64,000 bases of DNA from Octopus vulgaris (lineage: Eukaryota), in the NCBI GenBank assembly GCA_951406725.2, contig OX597817.1:21390001-21454000 (forward strand), in the 5' to 3' direction. Shown in pieces: positions 1 through 10,315 of this stretch. The notes below the pieces were generated by a model that searched no databases, had not been told where the DNA came from, and was given only the letters and a program-made list of their open reading frames with translations. Position 1 is the first letter of the stretch, and every line of letters starts with the position of its first letter. A program made the position numbers and the translations under genes.

Positions 1-188
1 ACAGTAGCCATCTGAATAAGTGAGGTAGTCCGTGCTAGTTCCACAAATCCTGTGTTAATAGTTTACAGTTCGAATGATAGTGTTTGACTGTTGGTGCCTA
101 AAAGATTTTTGTTACGTTCTGTTTGGTACTGCCGTTTGTTTCGGTTATATTGTTATTACACTGTTGCAGTGTATAAGGATATAACCTC

Positions 189-200
189 TGGCGACGAGGA
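189..200 (+). promoter_or_regulatory. Primer binding site complementary to the 3' end of tRNA-Ser(GCU)
   Basis: TGGCGACGAGGA begins 2-3 nt after the 5' LTR end. It is the reverse complement of ..TCCTCGTCG-CCA, the 3' end of metazoan tRNA-Ser(GCU). Confidence 0.75.
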
Positions 201-241
201 CAGTTCGAAATTCACATTGGTTATTTGACTATTTCTGCCTC

Positions 242-990
242 ATGGGAAACCTATTAGTTGCGGTAGAACGGCTTCACTGGAGGCAACATGGACAACTACA
301 GGAGTTGCAAAAAGCATTTACTGCTACAAAAACAATTGCATTACAGTCGGTGAAGACCGAAAATCGAATAAGCACGTTTACGCCAGATGGAGTGGGTAAC
401 GAAATTTCTATATTTACGTATAACCCGGAGGAGGGTATTAACATTTCCGTATATCATAAAAGATACCAGGAAACTTTTAACAACGAGTGTAAGGCATGGT
501 CAGAGGAACAGAAAGTAATGCTCTTACTAAACAAGGTAGCTCCTGCCCAACGTGAGTATTACTGTAACTATATTCTGCCCCCAAAGTCGATTGAGATTGG
601 TTTCTAAGGAAACGCGGATCTGCTTTTAAAAAAACGTTTTGTGAACTGCTTTAAAAAAAAATGTTTTGTGAACTGCTTTTTAAAAAAAATGTTTTGTGAT
701 AGAAGTTCATTATTCAATACCAGAATGGAGTGTTGGAACTTAACAATAAATGAAGACGATAATTTTATCACCTAGGCCAGCGTAGTCAACCGTATAGGCG
801 AACATTACAAACACAAGGATCTCACTCAGGATAAGTTCAAATCACTTATCTTTTCACAAGGACTTATAACACCTAATAATAAAGAAATTCGGGCAAGGAT
901 TCTCTCTAAAATAAAGCAAACGAATCAGGATGTATCACTATTAACCATCGCAGAAGAATGTCAGACTATGGTAAATCTTAAATATGATGT
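242..990 (+). pseudogene. Gypsy gag remnant (K02A2.6-like), disrupted
   Basis: ORF 242-607 reads ..FTYNPEEGINISVYHKRYQETF..WSEEQKVMLLLNKV..YCNYILP... After a stop and a tandem duplication it continues DRSSLFNTRMECWNL..DKFKSLIFSQGL..KEIRARILSKI..TIAEECQTMVNLKYD, motifs typical of invertebrate Mag-clade gag. Confidence 0.8.
620..700. repeat. Three tandem copies of a ~27-bp unit inside gag
   Basis: CTGCTTT(T)AAAAAAA(C/T)GTTTTGTGA repeated three times, with variable homopolymer lengths. Confidence 0.85.
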
Positions 991-1627
991 GAAAAAAAAA
1001 ACACGATTTCAAATGTGTAATCCAAAAACATTGCCACTGTATTGTTTTGTCTGTCTTCGTATCGTCCCATCTTTATAAGAGACCTTATGCTTAATAAAAT
1101 AAATCAGTTCAAGCTAATTCGACAGTTCGTATGTTGATAGCTGGAGTTCAAAGTTTACATTTCGAGTTAGCTCGTTGGATCTTTGTTGCTACGTTCCGTG
1201 TGCTTACTGCCGTTTGTTTTGATCATATTGTTATTACACTGTTGCAGTGCATTCGTTTATCCATAAGAATATAACAGTTTTATTTGAAATCAAATAAGAA
1301 ATATTACCTATTAATACAAGAGATAGATTGGCGAATTCTTCAGAATTTTACTGTCAGAAAATATAAAGTATTTCTTATAAGTGAAAAAACTAACAGTGGT
1401 TAGTGGTAAACATATCAAATTCTTTTTTATACAAAGAACGGTACCTGCATCTGTTCTCTCGACATAACAACCTGCTGTCATTAAGAGAAGGACATTTGAT
1501 AAGGTAGTGTGTGGTATACAAGGCTTCCTGTCGACATCTCAGTTATGTTCAGAAGGCATTAAATTATAGAGCTTCACAAGGGTTGAATTGAGACAAAGCA
1601 ACGATATGAAAATACTACTTGCTATGG

Positions 1628-1869
1628 TATGCACAAAGACGGACATTTTTGGAGAAGGGTATTTATCTTCTTTTATCTTTTACTTGTTTCAGTCATTTGA
1701 CTGCGGCCATGCTGGAGCACCACCTTTAGTCGAGCAAATCCACCCCGGGACTTATTCTTTGTAAGCCCAGTACTTATTCTATCGGTCTCTTTTGCCGAAC
1801 TGCTAAGTGACGGGGACGTAAACACACCAGCATCGGTTGTCAAGCAATGCTAGGGGGACAAACACACAA

Positions 1870-1922
<53 letters not shown>

Positions 1923-2257
1923 CGACAGGCTTCTTTCAGTTTCCGTCTACCAAATCCACTCACAAGGCATTGGTCGGCCCGGGGCTATAGCAGAAGACAC
2001 TTGCCCAAGATGCCACGCAGTGGGACTGAACCCGGAGCCATGTGGTTGGTTAGCAAGCTACTTACCACACAGCCACTCCTGCGCCTATATTGTTGATTAC
2101 ATCGATCTCAGTGTTCAAACTGTATTTATTTTACCCACTTCGAATGGATGAAAGGCAATGTCGACCTCGGCGGAATTTGAACTCAGGACGTAAAGCCGGA
2201 CGAAATGCTGCTAAGCACTTTCTCCAATTTACCAACGATTCTGCCAGCTCGCCCCCT
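1628..2257 (-). mobile_element. Older tRNA-derived SINE, family D, split by the family-A insertion (pieces ~1628-1662 and ~2088-2257)
   Basis: Minus strand reads GGCGAGCTGGCAGAATCGTT..GAGTTCAAATTCCGCCGAGGTCGACATTGCCTTTCATCC. The tail piece on the far side of the family-A copy matches the contiguous copy at 52765-52942. The central GCCTTTCATCC block resembles the Nin/Deu-type SINE core (inference). Confidence 0.75.
1666..2085 (-). mobile_element. tRNA-derived SINE, family A (full length, internal CA/TA microsatellite)
   Basis: Minus strand starts GGCGCAGGAGTGGCTGTGTGGTAAG (A box), then GGGTTCAGTCCC (B box), a CORE-like CTTGGGCAAGTG, and a tail ending ..GACTGAAACAAGTAAAAGA. Near-identical to copies at 19545, 30379 and 42044. 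Confidence 0.92.
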
Positions 2258-5200
2258 TACCGACTTAGATATAATAATATTGTAACGGAGGAATAAGTGC
2301 AAACAGTTTTGGAGAGAAGAGCCCGTTGCATTGAAACTGCCACTGAAATCATCAGAACGATGTAAGGCTAACTTTACGTTGGTTTTCTATTCAATTTAGA
2401 TAACTGGAAAAAACACCTTAAGGAATTTCGTCTGATTTTCGTGTGAATCCGTAAATCCATTGTCAATATTAATTTCTGTGTTAGCTGCAAAGCTTTTCCG
2501 CTGCAATCATGCAGCGAAACAAAGTTACATTAGAGGAAATAGAACTCATATTAGACAGATAGTAATTTCATTGATAAAAACTCTATTTAATTTGGATATT
2601 ATATGTATATATATATATATATATACTAAAAGAAGAGTTCCATCATGAGTTGTTCACTCTTCCCTGTCCATATACTCCGTCTTTTTTTATTTCAGTGAAA
2701 ATGCGCCACCAAGGGGCCCACAGTTCAGTTGTTGCTTAATATTTATTAGATATGAAATTTGCGGATACGAGCAACCTGTTTCTACAAAATCTACATCTTG
2801 CGATCTGATTTCACCTAATGTTTAAGCATTCTGTTTTAAAAACAGTTATTTCCGAAATTCGTTTATACTGACTATTTATACTGACTATTCTTTAGTATGC
2901 GAAGTAATTCTGCAAAACAAAATGGCAGATATTTTGGCCGCACTTATTCCTTTTCACGTTTCCCTTCAATTCTGTTCCTTTTGATTTCAATGCTTTTTTT
3001 TTCTTTTCTTTTCTGCAGTCTTTTTTGTTACCGTCGTGTTTGCATTTTTGTGGCTTTTGCTCTTCCTCTGTTTGATCGTCAGCGCCTACTGTTTTCTAAG
3101 TGTTTTGTTTTATATACATCGAAACTCTTTCACCCTGTCTCTGCGTCTGCGACTAAATTCAGCACCAGGATGTCTACGTGATTACTAATAAAGTCTACCA
3201 ATCCTTGTGCAGACCGTACCCAAAAAGCAAACGTAATACGAAACTGAAAATAGAAAGCTACTTTACATCCCTAAGATATTCTCCTGAAAAGAATATATTC
3301 TACATTTCACCTCTTTCAAGCTGTCATTACTTGATTTCTGGATCTTTTACATTTATAATAGTTAAGACTTATAAACACAACTGTACGAAATAATACCAAT
3401 GTTTTATGACGTTTATATTGCTTTTAGAAATAAGCAAGAAATACTGAGTAGGCTCATTCTATATACACTGCTGAAAAAATCAGTCTGGTTGCTCATGGAT
3501 GGAACCGATTTAGTTTTAGTTATGCTTACATACTACCTAGTTTGGGTTGAATAACAACAAACAATTTAAAACCTGTCAACTTTAATCGACATAGCTCTGT
3601 AATACATTTGCTGAAGTTTGTAAAATGAGTTGACAATTGTTGATGTATTAACACAGTTTAAGTCTTTTTTTTATATATTTAGAATAGATTCATCACACAC
3701 CTCGATCTTTGAGCAATGAAATTAACTAGGATAAGATTATCTATCCTTTATAGATACGTATAATAGTTAGCTATAAGATGTGGAATGTTGCGCGTGTTTT
3801 AGTGTTGACTGATTTTACAAGAAGTGTGTATTTATCACGAGAAAACAAAGGAAATGAAGCGGAAATGAATTTCGGAACAGTTAAGTTATGTGTGCTATTT
3901 AGCGAAATCTAGTAGTTTACTTGCCAACATGACTATTGATCATTAAAATGGTTAACGATGAGCCACGTCATCATAGAATAAAGAGAATACAAAGACAATA
4001 AAAGGTGATTAAGGGGAAATGGGTGACGGAAACGGGAAGGGCTAAATACTGGCCGGAAGTTAGAAAGTGTGCTTAGTCAGCAGTGTCATACAAGACTGCG
4101 GATTAGCAAAGAATCAAGAAAAGCAATAGCGTACACACACACACACACACGCACGCACACACACACATATACACACACACATGTATATATATGAGTATGT
4201 ATGCAGTTTGAATTACTCATAGCTTGAGGATGTAGAAAGGTTTTGTAGATACCTAGAGGGAAAATTGCGGGAGCTAACTGAAATATGAGATGGACACACT
4301 CCAATCTAATAACAATAATAAAACAAACGAGTATATGTTTGTTTATGTATGTAAGTATGTATGCATAGATATATATGTATATATTAGAAAACATTCTAAA
4401 ATGCCGAGATTGTTTAACTGTAGAAGAACTAGTTTTAATTCTGCCAGCTCTGAAATGCACTGTCACCAAAGAAACGAGTTCTTTAATATCCTCTAATATT
4501 GAAAGATAGCTTATCTTTTAGATAATGGTATAAGTTTCTGTAATAGATAATAGACCGAGCTCGTTTTTGATTAGTATTGTTCTAGCGGCGCGAGAAATTG
4601 AACTAAAATCTAGTAATTTGTCAGATACTGCTGTAAATAACATAATCTATGTGATAATATCCGTTGAACTTTAAGTTCCTTCTCAATAGAAAACAAAGTT
4701 TAATAACTAACATTTGAGCTTCTCTGCTACCTGCTATTCTATCGGCTAGAAACAGGAAGTGAATACCTATAAATCTAACCATGCGACGGAACATGAGATG
4801 GAATATCTGCATTTGGGATGCTTCTGATCGTAGTTCTCATTCACAAGTCTGAAATTGAGCAACAACAAAAATGATCATATTCAAATTTCTGCCCTCTTGG
4901 ATTGTACTCCAGTTTTGTTTCAATTTGAAAGCACGCTATTCAATATTAGTTCATAATTAAAAAGAAATTCTTTGTGAACTGGAATTTAAAATAATTTTGT
5001 GTATGTGATAACTAGAAATTGAAAAGGTATATGTACATTTTGGATTAGTAGATATAATAGCAGCAGATTTGCTTCACCGGCTTCAAATTCCTTTTGTGTT
5101 AATAGTTGTAATAAGGGAGCCACAACATAGCCGCTCGGATTCGTTGACATACCGTTGAAGTTTCATTTAAACCACACATTACCTTCTTTAAAACAAAGAC

Positions 5201-6082
5201 ATTTTGTATTATGCGATTCTAAATATACCTGAAAACAATGCATTAGTGATCTCAAGTCTTTCATCGAACAGTAATAATTTCTAAGATATGTACATTTCCT
5301 CAAATTTAGGAGAAAGTTATAGACAGTTATATCAAACCTGTACGCTAATAGTACTTTAATTTCTGGACTATGGAAGCATGACCGGCAATATTGGAAGACT
5401 GCGCATAAAGTTGGACTTAACACAATTGATCGTTCTATTCCAACCTCTAAGGATTATATTAATTCAATCATAACAAACTGTTGCAGATTTTGTAATTTCT
5501 TTCTTTACATGCATCAGTTGTTTCCACGCATGTAGAGTTCTACAGTGACAATATTTCACACCTGGAACATTCTTATATAGAAACAGTGAAATCTCAGAAG
5601 GGTTATTCAGTAGCGCTCCAGATGATTTGCTATTGCTGATCGCTGTTCAATGAATTAGACGAATATATATATATTTCGCCAAACAAACAGCGTGAATCAT
5701 CCACAACTATGTACGATTATATACACACATACATAGACATGTATATACACACACACGCATATAAACACATACATACATATATGTGCATGTATACATACAT
5801 ACGTACATACATTCATACGTACATACACATTATTTACATTTGACAGATATTTGCCCTCATGTTGTGGTTAACACAACCTCCCCGTGTAGGATGGAGTTAA
5901 AATAATAGACAGATTACATCACTGGAAAATACGGAAACTAAAAGAAGCAGCACATATGCTACGGCATAACAACCTTCTAAGCAGACTGAGTGCATATATG
6001 AATACCATATGGGAACCGGTATTAAGGAAGGATAAAGAATACTAGATTTATAAGCTCTAAAATCCACTTCATAATTTCCCAC

Positions 6083-6144
6083 GGGCATTTAGCGTAGTTA
6101 CTAAGAGCGCGGGCTACCAACCCACGATTCCGAGTTCGATTCCA
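6083..6144 (+). promoter_or_regulatory. tRNA-like segment with Pol III A and B boxes inside the PLE 3' repeat
   Basis: TAGCGTAGTTACTAAGAGC (A-box/D-arm like), GGG-CTACCAA-CCC anticodon-arm-like stem-loop, GTTCGATTCC B box at 6134-6143. There is no acceptor-stem 3' half, so this is not a functional tRNA gene. Confidence 0.7.
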
Positions 6145-6199
6145 ATAATAATATCGAAAAATACCTTAGGATCGAGAATCCAGGTTCGAAATTTCCCAA

Positions 6200-6248
6200 G
6201 ATACCTGATGAAGGCTGCTGGAGTGTATATCAGCCGAAACGTTGTATT
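6200..6248 (+). ncRNA. Minimal type-I hammerhead ribozyme motif (intact core)
   Basis: Stem I GATAC/GTATT; CTGATGA (6205-6211) plus one extra A; stem II GGCTG/CAGCC; GAAA (6236-6239); palindromic ACGT mini stem III; predicted GUU cleavage triplet at 6241-6243. Confidence 0.7.
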
Positions 6249-9200
6249 AACAACAAAAATGATGAGAACAAATATCCGTTAAATGTAGATAATGTAAGTA
6301 ATTTTTCATCACTTAAATATAGAACAATACATACACACAGGTGCAATATATTTGCTTTGCAAGTGTGAAGTACTAAATGCCCTTTTTTGCTCCGTTGATT
6401 TTTACATTGGGATATTCACTTTCATTTGTAATTTAAAAAATCATTGCCCTTTCGCACACTGTGAAACTAATTCTACATGTGAAGTGAAATAATGGGAACA
6501 CAGTTTATGGAAAACTCCTCTACGTACACTTTAACTAAGGCACAGATAATTCTGGCGACAGAACAACTGGAACCTTAGTACCTAAACATTGAGATGGAAC
6601 AACTGAAAACTTATTACCAAACCATGAAAATTCGAATCCTCGTTACGATATAAATTCTGAAAAGACGGTATAGTGAAGAGAGCTGTTTTATTTTTTTTTC
6701 ATTTTAGTTGTAAGTGTGCATTGATCGAGTATGCTTTCAAGAACGATCTTGCATGTCTGGCTATGTTTGTTTCATGTACAGTCACTCAGGGATATACGTT
6801 ATCCAGTTCGTCATTCCCACTATAAATAAACTAAAGTCACTTCAGAAAGGTTTTGTTAAGCAACCGTGTAAGTCAACAGTATTGGTTGGAACTTATTGTC
6901 TATGTCAGAATAATCTCCGAGATACTCCACATGCAGACTGAAGCATTACGTGGGGTATTTGGTACCAAACACTTCTAAATTCATTAGAATGTCTAACCAA
7001 AATTGTAGATTCACGCACACACAAAAAGAATTACACGCGCAGACACATATTTTCATTCATGCATTTATCCTACCACCCCGAAAACACACACACACACACA
7101 CACACATATTGTTTCATTGTCACTGATACTAAGAGTTTACTTTTCGACTCAAGTTACAAGACGCTGCAATCTTCAGATATATTTATTACGGTTATTGTGT
7201 ATTCATATACTAAGTATAAAACGACAAAGCATCTGAACTGCTTGAATAATTAATGACAGACATACAATGGATGCATTGAAATGTACATATTTCTAGATAC
7301 GCTTCATATGTAGAAAAAAGACGGAAATTATAATAACAAAAATTATAATAACTAAAAGAAGTTTTGATTTTACTGAACATTAAGATTCATTTATTATTAT
7401 GAAAAATTGTTTGTTTTGTATAATGTTATTATGACATGCTTTTATGATATCACTATAGAATCACTGGAGCGAAACTATATAGAGTAATTGTTGTCCAATA
7501 ATTTTCAGTTTCATATGTAATGTCAAATTGCCTTCATATGAGCTGTTTGTCTATTCTAAAATATTCAATATAGGAACTCACTGCAAAATATATATAAGAT
7601 ATAAAATATATATAATGCCATTCACATGATTTTAACTTTGTATTTTAAGTACACATTTAAATTCCTAATTGTTTAAAATGGTTGTCATATTAGCAAATAT
7701 ATTTCTTACTTAGAATATGTTATAGCAAGAAGGCAACATGAAGTATGCTTAATATATTCAGAAGAGAGAACGTGTGGCACAATTACTATCTTCAACTACA
7801 GACATAGAATGAACTGAATTTCATTACGATGCGAAAACTTCACTTTTTAAATAAACACTAACAGAAAAAAATTCAACAACGGCATTAACTACGTTAAATT
7901 TCTTCAAAAAGGAATGCTAATTAATGAGAATATTTAAATTATATTTAAATGAGTAATTTTCTCACCCAATCGGTTTTCTTTGCCATGTTAAAAGTTTTTG
8001 TTTAACTTTAAGTTTTTTTGCACGATTATAAATCTGTAAAAGTTACAAAAACATAAAAGAAGTACTCATTCCGATCTAGTAGCTTTAATTAACATCGTTT
8101 CCCTCTACTTTTAAATTCTTGCGTTTTGAGGAATCTAAATGATATAGCATTGGATATTACCATTAGAATTTCAGTGTTGCGATCGATCACATTTCGAAAA
8201 ATGTCTGCATAAAATACAAAGCAAAGTAAGGAATTCTTTTCGGTCATTCCATTTATAATGTTACAGGTGATTACTGTGCACAGATCAGTGAAAGAGAACA
8301 AAATAAAATGTTTTAAAAAATTGGAGGGTGAAAGGAAGAGAGAGAAGCAATTGGAAAGAAATTGCATTTTTTTTTTCAAGCAGACTAGCTCACAAGTGAA
8401 ATTCAAGAACACTGATTATTGGATTAGAGGGGGAAAAGGCGACGCTATTAGCATGGAGTGGGAAGAAAAGCATTGAAGAAAACGTTGTTTTGAAGGAAAT
8501 TAACAAAACGAAGAAACACAATCATAGAGTTCAATAAAAAGTAAAAACTAAAGCGGAAGAAGATTTGTATAAAATTAGTTAATTTAATGCGGAAATAGAG
8601 AAATTGTAGGAGAAAGCGAGAAACAAAGATACAGAAAAAATTACTGTAATTGTTAAAACAACGTAATAGATTCTGCATAACCCGCTCATGCTTGTCCGTG
8701 TATGTAAGTGTATGAGCGAGCAAAAGCATGTTTCCAAGTATGCTTCAGTATGTTCGATTGAGAATGACTGAGAGTAAAATAAAGATAGCACGGATAAAAT
8801 AAGTAAGTGGGAAAAGAGAGGGTGAGCTAGCTACACATTTCTATTTTATGTGTTCTATGAACCATTACATTTATGGCCAACCAGTTGCGAAGCAGATACA
8901 TAAAACGACAAGTTAAATGGGAATGAAATTGGAAGTAGTCGGCTTGTCCTCTCATTCAGATTGAAGTTTTAAATTATGAAATAAAAAAGTGTGCATATGA
9001 ATTGAATGCATAAAATAAAGATTAAAAATATGTCGAGAATGAGTGATGCTCAATTACTCAGATATTTTACTTCGGTATATTTCGACAAGACAGAAAACAG
9101 TAAAGATTTGATACATAGATTTTATCAATATTATGTTTTTAAAAAAACGCTAGCTATGATAAAACGCATATTTATAGCAAGTGAACTGAATAATATCCAT

Positions 9201-10057
9201 TTGGGATTATTGTCTTTTTAATGTTTATAGCACATAGACCAAACTTAATCGAATGGACCGTTTTAGTCTGTTGTATTTCTCTAATAGTTTTGTTCCAATG
9301 ATTTCTATTAATTTATTGGAAATATCTGTATATGATAGTCGACGTATATAGAAAAGAACCATTTTTTATGCTATGATATTTATTAACCCGCCCTCACTTA
9401 TATTGTGAGTTCAAATCTAGCTAGGATCGATGTCGGTTTTCATCAGTGTTGGAGAGGGGGAAAAAATAAGCATTTAATCTATCCCTTGTTTGATCTAATT
9501 TATTCACATCAAATCTTACAAATGTGTATTCTTGAGCCAGTATATGAGATCCTTTCTTCTTTTATGTTGTTAATTTATATTCCTCTTCTAAATAACGTGT
9601 AGTATAACTCTTGCGTGTGTAAATTATTAATAGTAATACAGTGGCACTCATTGTTTCAACTGCTATCGAAATAAACGCACACTTTGGGATTAATGTAAGG
9701 AGTATTCGTCTGAATAGTAAACAGCAATCAATCTGATTGTTTCACTCCACTTGGTTTCTTCATTTTTACTAATAAATTATTTTACAATAAAAACACCTCT
9801 CTTATAATAAGATTGTTACTGAGCAGTTGAAACTCTCACAAACAGTAAATTCAAGTTGAGGCTTACAAATAAACTTATACACCGGCATTGTTCTTCAGAG
9901 CCCTTACATGTGAACGCATCAATAGCAATTCCAAGAATTTAAACATTATTTGATCTTAGCTTTCTTTTGCTGTCTAAGTTCGCTCCCGATCAAAGGTGTT
10001 CCATCATAAATGTTTTGCTTTCCAACACATCTTTTTTAGGTGGGTAAGGTGTGTTGC

Positions 10058-10315
10058 GTGGAGGTGCGTGGCGTAGTGGTTAAGGTGTCAGCACCATGAT
10101 CGTAAGACTGTGGTTTCGATTCCTGGACCGAGCGACGCGTTGTGTTCTTGAGCAAAACACTCCCTTTCACGTTGCTTCAGTCCACTCAGCTGGCAAAAAT
10201 GAGTAACGCCACGAAGGACTTATTTCCCGTTCAGCTGGGGAACACATATGCCATAGAAACCGGAAAACCGGGCCCATGAGCTTGGCTAGGCTTTAAAAGG
10301 GCGCGTTTATTTTAT
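10058..10315 (+). mobile_element. tRNA-derived CORE-type SINE (family C head) with Meta-like tail; 13-bp TSD
   Basis: A box TGGCGTAGTGG, B-box-like GGTTTCGATTCC, CORE-like TGTGTTCTTGAGCAAAACAC..CAGTCCACTCAGCTGGCAAAAATGAGT. Perfect TSD TAAGGTGTGTTGC at 10045-10057 and 10316-10328. Confidence 0.9.

Larger units (their letters stand above)
1..1276 (+). mobile_element. Internally deleted Gypsy/Ty3 (Mag-like) LTR retrotransposon: 5' LTR (runs off the window start), PBS, gag remnant, 3' LTR
   Basis: Direct repeats ~60-186 and ~1152-1276 share TACTGCCGTTTGTTT..ATATTGTTATTACACTGTTGCAGTG..ATAAG.ATATAAC. The 3' copy ends ..ATAACA (1276) and probably starts TGT at ~1038. A PBS follows the first copy and a gag-like frame lies between the copies. 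No pol and no clear polypurine tract. Confidence 0.8.
5827..6300 (+). mobile_element. 5'-truncated Penelope-like retroelement: inverted tail copy, GIY-YIG C-terminus, 3' terminal repeat with tRNA-like segment and hammerhead
   Basis: 5881-6045 translates PV*DGVKIIDRLHHWKIRKLKEAAHMLRHNNLLSRLSAYMNTIWEPVLRKDKEY*, the PLE endonuclease C-terminal pattern W..VKI.D....W..RK.KEA.H....IW.P.L. 5827-5877 is an inverted copy of 6241-6295. Confidence 0.8.

Noticed and set aside
620-700. CRISPR-like regularly spaced repeats
   Set aside because: Head-to-tail tandem duplication without unique spacers, inside a eukaryotic retrotransposon.
1837-2151. Recurrent ORF ..YDRLLSVSVYQIHSQGIGRP..CHAVGLNPEPCGW (also 19737, 30241, 42232) that looks like a gene family
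   Set aside because: It is the antisense reading of the family-A SINE head.
2990-3190. Strong acceptor (T-rich tract + CTGCAG at ~3018) followed by a hydrophobic frame and AATAAA
   Set aside because: T-rich DNA yields such acceptors and hydrophobic peptides by default; no recognisable domain or partner exon.
6083-6144. tRNA gene
   Set aside because: The acceptor-stem 3' strand and terminator are missing. The same applies to all SINE heads, so no true tRNA gene is called.
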